Source: Candidatus Hydrogenedentota bacterium (GTDB lineage Bacteria > Hydrogenedentota > Hydrogenedentia > Hydrogenedentales > SLHB01). From it: a DNA stretch of 64,000 nt. The stretch lies in assembly GCA_963668025.2 (NCBI GenBank), contig CAXXTH010000017.1, forward strand, positions 608,001-672,000, in the 5' to 3' direction. This document shows positions 39,339 through 48,520 of the stretch, one piece after another (the first letter of the stretch is position 1; each line of letters starts with the position of its first letter). The notes under the pieces are model-generated. The model did not search any database and was not told where the DNA came from. It saw only the letters and a list, made by a program, of their open reading frames with translations. The translations under genes and the position numbers were made by a program.

Positions 39339-40190
39339 TCAGGGATTGATGGGTCCACGACGCTGCTTCTCGAAATCGTCCAATTTACCTCGAGTATGCC
39401 ATCGCAATACGGCCCGAAATAACCATGGCAAGTGCCTTGAGAACAGAAGTAGGAGCTTTCCGTGGCCGGATACCACTACCTCGAAGCGCCGCTTTTCGAG
39501 GCCGTGAAGAATAGTTTTTGCCGCTTGCTGGGGTGATATGGCGAGCCAATTGGGAGCAGGATCAGGGGCGTCCGCATGGAAATTTCCTTCATTATCCACC
39601 TTCCGAAACTCCGTCGCGACAAGGCCGGGCTCGATGCATGTGACCGAAATTCCTCGTTCCGCAAGCTCGTAATAGAGTGATTCCGCAAGGCCGCAGAGGG
39701 CGAATTTGCTGCTGCAATACGCCGAAGCCGATGGAGAAGCCATGCGCCCCATCACGCTGGAAACGATTCCAAGACGCCCTTTGGACACCGCCAAGTGCGG
39801 TAAAACAGCATAAATGGTATCGAGTACGCCGAAGAAATTGGTGTCGAATTGGCGGCGATAATCGCCTGTTTGGAGCTTTTCAAAAGGCCCGCTGACGCCA
39901 AATCCGGCGTTGGCAACCACCACATCGATGCCTCCAAAGGCCTCCACGACGGTCTTCACGGCGGCGTCCAGACTCGCGCGCGACGTGACATCGCACGCTA
40001 CCGCCAGCGATTTCCCTCCCGCCGATTCGATACGCCGCGCCAGCGATTCGATCTTTTCCATCCTTCGAGCAGCCAACGCGACACGCGCTCCCTGCTGGGC
40101 GAAGGCCTCCGCGAGGGCCGCGCCAATCCCCGCCGAAGCGCCCGTGATGAAGACGGATTGGCCTTGATACGTCTGTTTCATGCTTGTCAC
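39339..40190 (-). CDS. Short-chain dehydrogenase/reductase
   Basis: TGASAGIG, ANAG, YCSSK. Confidence 0.93.
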   Translation of the reverse strand: MTSMKQTYQGQSVFITGASAGIGAALAEAFAQQGARVALAARRMEKIESLARRIESAGGKSLAVACDVTSRASLDAAVKTVVEAFGGIDVVVANAGFGVSGPFEKLQTGDYRRQFDTNFFGVLDTIYAVLPHLAVSKGRLGIVSSVMGRMASPSASAYCSSKFALCGLAESLYYELAERGISVTCIEPGLVATEFRKVDNEGNFHADAPDPAPNWLAISPQQAAKTILHGLEKRRFEVVVSGHGKLLLLFSRHLPWLFRAVLRWHTRGKLDDFEKQRRGPINP

Positions 40191-40223
40191 CTTCTTGCGT
40201 TAACTTCAGATTTCCCGAATATG

Positions 40224-41309
40224 CTACCTTGGCGGTTCTCCAGTTGCCCGCTGCAACGGCAGCCGAATCTCGAACAACGCCCCGCCTTCCGCCCGGTTAC
40301 GGTACGTAATCCGCCCGCCATGCGCTAAAATCGTGCGCTGGGCGATGGTAAGGCCAAGCCCTGTCCCGCCTTCTTTCTGGGTAAAGAACGGTGTAAACAG
40401 ATCTTCATCCGCATTAAGATGAATGCCAGGCCCATCGTCGGCGATTTCAAACACCGCATCGCCTCCTTTTTGGATGGCCCGAAACGTCACCTCGCCATTC
40501 TCCGGCGCGGCATCGACCGCATTCACCAAGATATTTCCAAGGGCCTGCGCCACCATTTCGGCATCAACATAACATGTTGAAAGATGCTCTTCGCTCTCAT
40601 ACGCGATCCGAACTTGCTTAGTTTGCGCCCGGCGTCCTCCAAACTGAAGCGCCCGCTCCACGAGATCCCGAGGCGCACACCATTCCGGTTGCATGTCAAA
40701 TGGCTTTGCAAAACCAAGAAACTGGGCTATCGAACGCTCCAAGCTGGTAGCTTCTTGCAGAATGGCCTTGGCATGGCTCCGGCGGGTGTCATCAGCCTCC
40801 ATTCTGCGCATCAACAATTCCGCCATGCCGCTGATCACACTCACTGGATTGCGCAATTCATGCACCACCCCGGCGGTTAATTCCCCCAAGGCGGCCAATT
40901 GTTGATTAGCAGACGCGGCGCGCTCGAGGCGGCGCCACTCCGTAAGGTCCGTAAACAATAAAATGGCACCATTAAAAGGCGCTTCCCCTTCAAGTAAACT
41001 CGCGGATAATCCCACTTCCCGCTCGCCATTTCCGGGCAGCGCCAGCAATACCTCCCGGCGGCTCACCGCTTCGCGGGTCCGGGCCACTTCATCGAAAACA
41101 TCCGCCAATGGCCAGGCCGCCTCGAAATCGCGCAAGCGCATGCCAGGGCGAAGCGCGTGGGGGGGAACACCAAGGCAAGCGCGCGCCGCGGGATTGATAG
41201 TGATAATGGCCCCATCGGCATTCAGGGCGACCACTCCACTGGAAAGGCTCGATATGATTTGTTCGTTATGATCTCGCGAATACGGTGCTGGCTGATTGTT
41301 TTCGTCCAT
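40224..41309 (-). CDS. PAS-domain sensor histidine kinase (NtrB/AtoS-like)
   Basis: VHELRNP, NILVNAVDA, DDGPGI, FTPFFT..GTGLGL. Confidence 0.93.
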   Translation of the reverse strand: MDENNQPAPYSRDHNEQIISSLSSGVVALNADGAIITINPAARACLGVPPHALRPGMRLRDFEAAWPLADVFDEVARTREAVSRREVLLALPGNGEREVGLSASLLEGEAPFNGAILLFTDLTEWRRLERAASANQQLAALGELTAGVVHELRNPVSVISGMAELLMRRMEADDTRRSHAKAILQEATSLERSIAQFLGFAKPFDMQPEWCAPRDLVERALQFGGRRAQTKQVRIAYESEEHLSTCYVDAEMVAQALGNILVNAVDAAPENGEVTFRAIQKGGDAVFEIADDGPGIHLNADEDLFTPFFTQKEGGTGLGLTIAQRTILAHGGRITYRNRAEGGALFEIRLPLQRATGEPPR

Positions 41310-41322
41310 GCCGCCTGCCTCC

Positions 41323-42198
41323 TCACTCCTGCGTCGGCCCCTTTTCCGCGCGTAATCCCGCCTTCACCGCTCGCGCAAGACTGGCGAATTCATCCAGCGA
41401 AAGGGTTTGTGGGCGGCGCTCCCCATCGATTCCAACGGCATCCATGGCGTCGAGCACGACTTCCTTAGGCGCTCCGAAAGCGCCTGAGCGTGTGAGCGAA
41501 TTGCGCAGCGTTTTCCGTCGCTGGCTAAATGCCGTCCGGATGATGCGCATCAAAAAAGACTTTTCGAGATCTGGATAGAGTTCTTCCGTTCGATTGCGCA
41601 AACGCACCACGCAGCTATCCACGGCGGGGATGGGGCGGAAACACGTCCGCGGCACTTTACGCACGATATCCGCTTCCGCATGCAGTTTTGTAGCCAGCGC
41701 CAGCACGCCATAATCTCCGCCGCCAGGCTCCGCCACCATGCGCAGAGCCACCTCCTCCTGCACCATCACCACCATATGGGCGAAAAAAACGGACGATTCC
41801 CAGAAATGAAACAGAATGGGCGTGGTGATGTAATACGGCAAATTGGAGACCATCTTGCGGCTGGTTCCGTCTGGCAGGTATTCATCGAGCAATTTATTTA
41901 CATCGTGATTCAGCACGTCGCCCCGGAAAAGCTTGACATGCTCGAGCGCGCCAAACCGGTCTTCCAGGCACGGCATGAACGTGCGATCAATCTCGATGGC
42001 CAGCACGCGGCCCGCCTGCTGGCTCAATCGCTCCGTCAACGCACCGAGCCCCGCTCCCACCTCGATGACATCATCCGCTTTAGTGAGCAGGGCCGCGTCG
42101 CACATAATGCGGTTGATATTCTCATCCAGCAGCAGATTCTGGCCCAATTGCTTCTTAAATTGGATGCTATATCGCTTGCACAATTCCTGAAGCGTCAT
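41323..42198 (-). CDS. rsmA: 16S rRNA m6,2A dimethyltransferase
   Basis: KKQLGQNLL, IEVGAGLGALT, SNLPYYITTP, MVQEEVA, FSQRRKTL. Confidence 0.96.
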   Translation of the reverse strand: MTLQELCKRYSIQFKKQLGQNLLLDENINRIMCDAALLTKADDVIEVGAGLGALTERLSQQAGRVLAIEIDRTFMPCLEDRFGALEHVKLFRGDVLNHDVNKLLDEYLPDGTSRKMVSNLPYYITTPILFHFWESSVFFAHMVVMVQEEVALRMVAEPGGGDYGVLALATKLHAEADIVRKVPRTCFRPIPAVDSCVVRLRNRTEELYPDLEKSFLMRIIRTAFSQRRKTLRNSLTRSGAFGAPKEVVLDAMDAVGIDGERRPQTLSLDEFASLARAVKAGLRAEKGPTQE

Positions 42199-42334
42199 CG
42201 CCTGTTCCCTACCGTTGTTGCAGATCCCATTATTTCAGGAACACGCCATTTTTGGCAATGGCTTCCCGAGCGGAACATGGCTTCCACGCCATGCAAAATA
42301 CCCCGCTTTTGCTATAACAGATACAGGCAGCCCA

Positions 42335-44596
42335 TTATGCGCCCGCTTCAAAAACAAGCCGCCGAACTTGGGACTGCCGCGCCGCTTCATGAATAAGGCT
42401 TGCGGCCATGGCTGGCGTCGAATCTTCTTCCGGCAGCCGGATGGCGGCAGGCGGAGCCATGGGAAAGATTGAGTGGAAACGCCCCATCATATGGATATAA
42501 CCGGCTGATGACTGGCGCGCCTTGCTGGCGTACTCCACGCCAGGGGTATAATATAAATCGTGTGTAATCGGGTTGCTCTTGATCACCCCGCGCGCGGGAT
42601 CACGGAACGCTCGGATATCAAGCGCTGCAAACCGGGCGCACACCTCGCTGTCGCGAACGGGGACCGCCTCGAAATGCAGGCCGAATTCCTCGCTCAGGCA
42701 CACGCCCTGTTCACGCACGTACGAAGCGAGCCGCAAACCCAATTCGAAGGCTTCCTCGCTCTCATGCATCTGGCGTCCGGACAGCATTTGCACACATTCA
42801 TTTAATCCCGCGATGCCAATGGCATAACACACATCATCCAAATCAAGAAGCGGCGTTCCTTGGTGTTCCGCCGACAGGAAACTCGATGGCCCGAATGACT
42901 TAGCCACGAACAGCCGCTCGAGAAACGCCCGCTTTGCCGTGTGGGCTTGTGCGGCAAGCCGGGCCAAATGCGCCAGTTCAGTGCGCACCCCTTCTTCGCC
43001 GCCGCCCCGATACGCCGCTCGAGGCAAATTCAACGTCACCTGATTGGCCCATACGCCTCGGAGCTGCCAAGCCTCCCGCGGCGGCTCCCCATTCAGGGAG
43101 TCCGTATCTTCCCGCTCGAACGCCACCATCATAGCGCCGCCAGAAGCCGCATATGCGGCGGCGCGCTCGAGCCATTCCGATGGCAGGGGCCGTGAAGGAT
43201 CAGCCGCGTCAAAATGCACGCATAGCACCGGATCCACCGCATCCCCTCGGGAAAAGCGTTCTTCCGTACAGACATCGAACAGAGCCAGCGCCACCCGGCG
43301 GGCCAGGCTGCGTTCTCCCTCCTCGCCAGGCGGCCCTTCCCATGCGATATGCACCACCCCAGGGGTAACGGGATAGCGAGGCGGGGGGGATCGATACGCA
43401 AGGCCGATCAGCGCCAGGCGCACAAACTGGCGCAACGCGTCTTCACTCAGTCCCGCCGCATAAGGGGCCAAATGACTATTCAAGGCGTCCCATCGCACGG
43501 CGCCCATGAAATGCGGCCGAATCGCCGCGCTAAACCGGCCCAGATGGGAGAGAAAGCTTTCCGCATTCCGAGGCGGGCGCGCATGCCGCGGATGGCCTGG
43601 CGCAGGCATCCCAAACCGGGTTACATACGCGAGAGAAGCGCTGCATGCCTGGAATCGGTCAATAAACCCCAAATCATGGAGGTGGATGTCGCCCAGCATA
43701 TGGGCGTCCGCCTCCTCACGGCCATACACGCGTGTCAAGGCGAACTCACGCTTAACCCGTTCCGCCAGCTCTAGATCCGTCGCCAGGGGATCACGCGGAT
43801 AGGACGATTCATCCCGGTTCGGCACACAGATGATCTGTTCTGCATCAAACAGCGGAACGCCCAGGCGCATGTGCCGCAAGCGAAATTCTTCGAGGCCATG
43901 CTCGATAAGCTTCGCATCCACCAGCTCGCGCACCAGGGAAGCGGTGAGCGTCTTCACCTCCGAGGAGAGTATCTGCTGCTCGACTTCCAGCGCCACCAGC
44001 CGCGCGCGATCCTCATCCATACCCGTTTCGCGCATGAGCGCTTCCACGATTTTATGCGTATCCCAAGCAGCCAGGGTGTCGCCGCTCGTGCGCACAAACA
44101 TCGAAGCGGGCGAAGCCGTCTCGCTCTCCAAGCGTCCCCGCCGGGCCTCCGCCAATTCATAGAGAAGCGGCTTCATATTTCCTTCGCGCAATTCCCGGAT
44201 CCGGGCGCGCTTATCCCGGTACCGCGCATACACAAGGGCGATATCACCGTGGCCCAATTCGATCAGGACGCGTTCGACCGCGTCATTCACTTGGTCCACG
44301 GTAGGCGTTTGGACGCGAAGGGATTTAGACAGATACAGCGCCACCCCCGAGGCCAGGCTCTCGGCGCGGTCCCGGTCGATCTGGCCCACGGACTCCATGG
44401 CCCGGATAATCGCGCTGGCGATCTTAGCTTTTTCAAAAGGGGCTTGGCGTCCATCCCGTTTAATGATCGAGGTGAATGCTTCCGGAGGCGCGCCAATTAA
44501 GGAAGGAAACAACAACTGCGCGTCGTACGTCCCTTCTTGGGCGTGCGGCGCGTCTACAGGCTTTTCATACGGATTGTCGGCTTGGGATGCGGTCAT
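42335..44596 (-). CDS. Double ATP-cone, class III ribonucleotide reductase (NrdD)-like protein, apparently catalytically degenerate
   Basis: IIKRDGRQAPFEKAKI ATP-cone; second cone FVRTS...LTASLVRELV; AHMLGDIHLHDLG, TLNLPRAAY, IGIAGLNECV; no C-terminal CxxC/RxxGY domain. Confidence 0.8.
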   Translation of the reverse strand: MTASQADNPYEKPVDAPHAQEGTYDAQLLFPSLIGAPPEAFTSIIKRDGRQAPFEKAKIASAIIRAMESVGQIDRDRAESLASGVALYLSKSLRVQTPTVDQVNDAVERVLIELGHGDIALVYARYRDKRARIRELREGNMKPLLYELAEARRGRLESETASPASMFVRTSGDTLAAWDTHKIVEALMRETGMDEDRARLVALEVEQQILSSEVKTLTASLVRELVDAKLIEHGLEEFRLRHMRLGVPLFDAEQIICVPNRDESSYPRDPLATDLELAERVKREFALTRVYGREEADAHMLGDIHLHDLGFIDRFQACSASLAYVTRFGMPAPGHPRHARPPRNAESFLSHLGRFSAAIRPHFMGAVRWDALNSHLAPYAAGLSEDALRQFVRLALIGLAYRSPPPRYPVTPGVVHIAWEGPPGEEGERSLARRVALALFDVCTEERFSRGDAVDPVLCVHFDAADPSRPLPSEWLERAAAYAASGGAMMVAFEREDTDSLNGEPPREAWQLRGVWANQVTLNLPRAAYRGGGEEGVRTELAHLARLAAQAHTAKRAFLERLFVAKSFGPSSFLSAEHQGTPLLDLDDVCYAIGIAGLNECVQMLSGRQMHESEEAFELGLRLASYVREQGVCLSEEFGLHFEAVPVRDSEVCARFAALDIRAFRDPARGVIKSNPITHDLYYTPGVEYASKARQSSAGYIHMMGRFHSIFPMAPPAAIRLPEEDSTPAMAASLIHEAARQSQVRRLVFEAGA

Positions 44597-44812
44597 GGCT
44601 CCACAAGGCGCTTGGGGCAACCGGAAACCTGCTCCGCCGTGGAGAGGCTTTTCTGTTTACATTATAGACAGCCGCCCATGCGAACCGAAGTGTACCGGAT
44701 CCAACCCCTGGCAGACAACATGCATCTAGAAAATGGCATGCCGCCATTGCCCCGGCTAGGTTTCACCGGCTCCCATTCCTGGCAAGAACAAACAACAAGT
44801 GCAAGATATATG

Positions 44813-44848
44813 CGCCCGGCAGGTTCGCTGCACGCAAACCGCCGGGCC
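44813..44848 (-). terminator. Hairpin downstream of the RRM gene
   Basis: GCCCGGCAGGTT...AACCGCCGGGC. Confidence 0.5.
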
Positions 44849-44859
44849 ATTTATGAAAA

Positions 44860-45144
44860 CTAATAACGCGATTGATAACCGCCACGGGCCGGGCTTCTTT
44901 CCTCACGCGGACGCGCCTCATTCACCTTGAGGGTCCGGCCGCCCAAATCCGCGCCATCCATTTTCTGGATAGCCGTATGTCCTTCCGAATCGTTCTCCAT
45001 CTCGACAAATCCGAAACCACGGGAACGATTGGTCATCTTGTCCATGATGACACGCGCCGACGTAACCTGGCCGAATTGTGCAAACGCATCTTCGAGGTCC
45101 GAATCGTTGGTCTGATACGACAAATTGCCTACATAGATCCTCAT
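44860..45144 (-). CDS. RRM RNA-binding protein (RbpA-like)
   Basis: RNP2 IYVGNL, RNP1 RGFGFVEM, LKVNEARPRE. Confidence 0.96.
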   Translation of the reverse strand: MRIYVGNLSYQTNDSDLEDAFAQFGQVTSARVIMDKMTNRSRGFGFVEMENDSEGHTAIQKMDGADLGGRTLKVNEARPREERSPARGGYQSRY

Positions 45145-45360
45145 AATAATCCCCTCTTACACTGTACATTTGGGTTGATGCGCGTGGAAATCCATGGCGG
45201 CAGGCCGGACACAGGCATATATGCCGTTCGCGGCGGCGTTGCTTTAGCCGCTCGCGACCGAACTCTCTCGCGAATTCTAGGCGCTCTCCCCTTTTCCGAC
45301 AAACACCTCCCGTGTCCGGTGAGCGGGCAGCAGATCCCGTTACCCTCGTGAGGCTGTTTT

Positions 45361-45389
45361 AGCATATCCATGAACTCTTAAAGAGTCAA
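45361..45389 (-). promoter_or_regulatory. sigma70 promoter of the RRM gene, implying a ~210-nt leader
   Basis: TTGACT-N17-TATGCT on the minus strand. Confidence 0.7.
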
Positions 45390-45515
45390 GTTTCTGTGCT
45401 TGTTTCCCATTTCCGCCTAGAAGCCAACACAGCAGTCGAATAACCATCCATCACGCCCATACGCGCCAGGCCGTTTCTTTTCATCCGCCCCGCGCATTTG
45501 TTAGGATATCGGATA

Positions 45516-46373
45516 ATGGGTGCATATGTATATACCGGCTCAGACCAGCGCCGCATCACGCGCGTGATTCCCGATCTTATCCGCCATCGGGAGCTCCTGA
45601 TGGAACTCATCTGGAAAGATTTGCGCGTTCGGTACCGGTATGCCGCCGTCGGTTTTTTGTGGGCGGTGCTCGAACCCCTATGCATGACGGTCATTCTGTC
45701 CCTAGTGTTTTTTATCTTGGTGCCGTCGAAGACTGGCCAGCACGGGCTTACTCCCTTATTGGTGCTGGGCGGATACGTCCCTTGGCAGTTTTTTTCCAAT
45801 TCCATCTTAACCGCCACCCGTTCGCTGGTGGATAATCCCCATCTGGTGAAGAAGGTCGCTTTTCCCCGCGAGATCATCCCACTGGCGGCGGTAGGCGGCG
45901 GATTGGTCAATCTAGTCATCGGCATCGTGCTCTTGGGCGTCATCGGCGCTTTTCTCGGCCTGCGTCCCGGCATCGAGCTTCTCTATCTCCCCCTCGTGCT
46001 GACGATTCTGATAGCGATGGCCATCGGCCTGTCACTGCTGCTATCCAGTTTGAACGTATACTTCCATGATGTCAGCTATTTGGCCAGCGTGGCCCTGATG
46101 TTCGCTTTTTACGCCTCGCCGGTGTTTTATAGCATCGATTTGGTCCGGGGGGCCCTTGAACAACATGGCGCGCCGAGGCTGTTGTATCTCTACCTCGCCA
46201 ATCCCATGGCGGGGCTTATTGGCGCGTTTCGCCAAGCCGTGGGAGTTCCCATAGAATCACCTGCTCCCATCCCGCATATGCTGGTTTGGCCCGCCATTTG
46301 TGCTGTTCTCCTGCTGGCGGTGGGCGTCGTGGTGTTTCGGCGCAACGCCCCCACCTTATCGGACAATTTGTAA
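45516..46373 (+). CDS. wzm: Polysaccharide ABC exporter permease (Wzm)
   Basis: DLRVRYR..VGFLWAVLEPL, LVKKVAFPRE, YASPVFY, NPMAG; start uncertain (45498/45516). Confidence 0.92.
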   Translation: MGAYVYTGSDQRRITRVIPDLIRHRELLMELIWKDLRVRYRYAAVGFLWAVLEPLCMTVILSLVFFILVPSKTGQHGLTPLLVLGGYVPWQFFSNSILTATRSLVDNPHLVKKVAFPREIIPLAAVGGGLVNLVIGIVLLGVIGAFLGLRPGIELLYLPLVLTILIAMAIGLSLLLSSLNVYFHDVSYLASVALMFAFYASPVFYSIDLVRGALEQHGAPRLLYLYLANPMAGLIGAFRQAVGVPIESPAPIPHMLVWPAICAVLLLAVGVVVFRRNAPTLSDNL

Positions 46374-48466
46374 TGGCGCTCATTGAAGTAACAAACGTCA
46401 CGAAGCTTTTCCGAATGCACCGGGGAACGCGCGTGCTCGTTGGGCGCGGCGGGCTTGCTGACTGGCTGCATGGCCGGAAACGCGAAACGTTCGCCGCCCT
46501 TAAGAACGTGAACTTCCACGTCGAGCCGGGCGAATCCGTGGGCATCATCGGCCGGAATGGCTCCGGGAAAAGCACCCTCCTTAAAATCATCGCGGGCGTC
46601 ACGGTTCCTACGAGCGGCGGCATCACCGTGCGCGGGCGCGTCGCCTCCCTCCTCGAGCTAGGCGCGGGCTTCCATCCCATGCTCACCGGGCGCGAAAATA
46701 TCTACCTTAACGGAAATCTGATCGGCATGCGCCGGTCGCAGATCGACGAGGTCTTTGACGATATTGTGTCTTTCTCCGGCATCGGTGAATTTATCGATAA
46801 TCCGGTGGACACCTATTCGAGCGGCATGTTTGTCCGTCTCGGATTCGCCGTCGCGGTCCATTCGGATCCCGATGTCTTTCTCGTTGATGAAGTGTTGAGC
46901 GTGGGAGACGAAGAATTCCAGCGGCGCTGCCAGCAGCGCATCAGCGAATTAATGGCCCAAGGCAAAACCATTGTATTCGTTTCGCACGACCTCAATATCG
47001 TCAACACCATATGCCGCCGGGTGGTGCTCATGCAGCATGGCGAAATGCTCATGCGCGACACCCCGCAATCCACCATTGATTTCTACCTGCGCCAGATAGG
47101 TTCCGAGCAGGGCATTCACAATTTCTCGAATGAACCTATCGAAGCCATTGCCTGCCATGGCCGCTTGTCCATGTTTTATGAACGCCGTGAAACCACCGCG
47201 CCCAGCGGATTTCTCGCCGCCGTACGCTGCATGGAGCAACTCCATTATTCCACTTCCGCCACATGGGCCATCGAGCAACGCCAGTCCTCGGGCTGCCTGA
47301 TGCTTGGCCGCATGCCTCGCGTCCCCATCACCCATATATGGACCCTGCGTATCGAGAATGGACGGCTCTTCTGGGATATCGCGATTGATTGCAGCCAAGA
47401 CGCCCCCATACAAATGCTCGAAATCCAAATGCAATTCCCCGCGCGCTACACCCAATGGATCAATGGCGATTTTAACGGGACTTTCCCGGATATACTTCCT
47501 TCCGATTTGGAATGGTCGCTCGTAGCCCCCGCACAACATGGGTATCATGAAGCCGCCATTTACGGAGAAGAGGCATGCGAATTGCCGCCGCTCCTCATCC
47601 ATGTGCATGCGCACAATCCCTACGTGTCCCTGCAATGGTTCAACACGGACTACATGGCAAGCGCCCGGGCGCTCACAGTGGCTTGCCGCATACCCGAAGC
47701 CGAATGGCCGCTCAAGGCGGGACGGCACGAATTGATGTCCATTGAAGTGCGGCCCGCGGAAAACCATGCGGAAGTGAGCGACTGGGCGCATAACCGCGAA
47801 GCCCAGCGCCATCTCATTCTGGGAGCGCTTCAAGCGCGATATTACCGAGGCGCTATCCAATTAATGTATGCCGGTGAAACGCTCACCGCTTTTCTGGGCT
47901 TCTATGCATCCATGCTCATCGGCGGGTTATGGAATGACAGTACGGCTTTGAAATGGAATGCAGCCACACGCACCGGCGATTGCATCGAAGCCACGGGCGA
48001 ATCGAGGCGGTTCCCCTTCCGCCAGCATTGGCGTATTGAAATCACACCGGAAGGCCTTGCCGTGTCCATCGAACTGGAGGCGCTCGAGCCGCTCGATGTC
48101 GAGGAATATCACGCCTGCATATGCTTGCGGCCAGAATATGAACACTGGCGGACCGAACACGAATCAGGTGCATATCCTGATTTTGATCCCGACGCCGAAG
48201 ACTGGCGGCATGCGAACCGCCTCTATGCGCCTGGGCGATTCGGCGCGGCGTTGAGTTCAACCTATCCGCGTGTTACCATGGCCAGCGTAGCCAATGCGAT
48301 ACCATTTCGGTTCACCGCAATCAATTCAGGCTATATGCAACACGCCCGCGTGCTGGAAGCGTTGCGCACGCCGGATGTCGGCTGTATCCACTTCGAGCCA
48401 GGCCGGCGCCTGTATTTTGCAGGCCTCATTAACGTGGGCGAACCAGACCCGCCGACCAACGGCTAA
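46373..48466 (+). CDS. wzt: Wzt ATPase with a ~450-aa C-terminal extension made of two similar domains
   Basis: ATG 46373 overlaps the wzm stop; GRNGSGKS, YSSGM, FLVDEVLSVGD; long internally repeated tail. Confidence 0.9.
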   Translation: MALIEVTNVTKLFRMHRGTRVLVGRGGLADWLHGRKRETFAALKNVNFHVEPGESVGIIGRNGSGKSTLLKIIAGVTVPTSGGITVRGRVASLLELGAGFHPMLTGRENIYLNGNLIGMRRSQIDEVFDDIVSFSGIGEFIDNPVDTYSSGMFVRLGFAVAVHSDPDVFLVDEVLSVGDEEFQRRCQQRISELMAQGKTIVFVSHDLNIVNTICRRVVLMQHGEMLMRDTPQSTIDFYLRQIGSEQGIHNFSNEPIEAIACHGRLSMFYERRETTAPSGFLAAVRCMEQLHYSTSATWAIEQRQSSGCLMLGRMPRVPITHIWTLRIENGRLFWDIAIDCSQDAPIQMLEIQMQFPARYTQWINGDFNGTFPDILPSDLEWSLVAPAQHGYHEAAIYGEEACELPPLLIHVHAHNPYVSLQWFNTDYMASARALTVACRIPEAEWPLKAGRHELMSIEVRPAENHAEVSDWAHNREAQRHLILGALQARYYRGAIQLMYAGETLTAFLGFYASMLIGGLWNDSTALKWNAATRTGDCIEATGESRRFPFRQHWRIEITPEGLAVSIELEALEPLDVEEYHACICLRPEYEHWRTEHESGAYPDFDPDAEDWRHANRLYAPGRFGAALSSTYPRVTMASVANAIPFRFTAINSGYMQHARVLEALRTPDVGCIHFEPGRRLYFAGLINVGEPDPPTNG

Positions 48467-48520
48467 CCCAAAACCGGCAGGGCATCGTATGCGCCGCCGC
48501 GAAAGAATAGGTTATTTACA

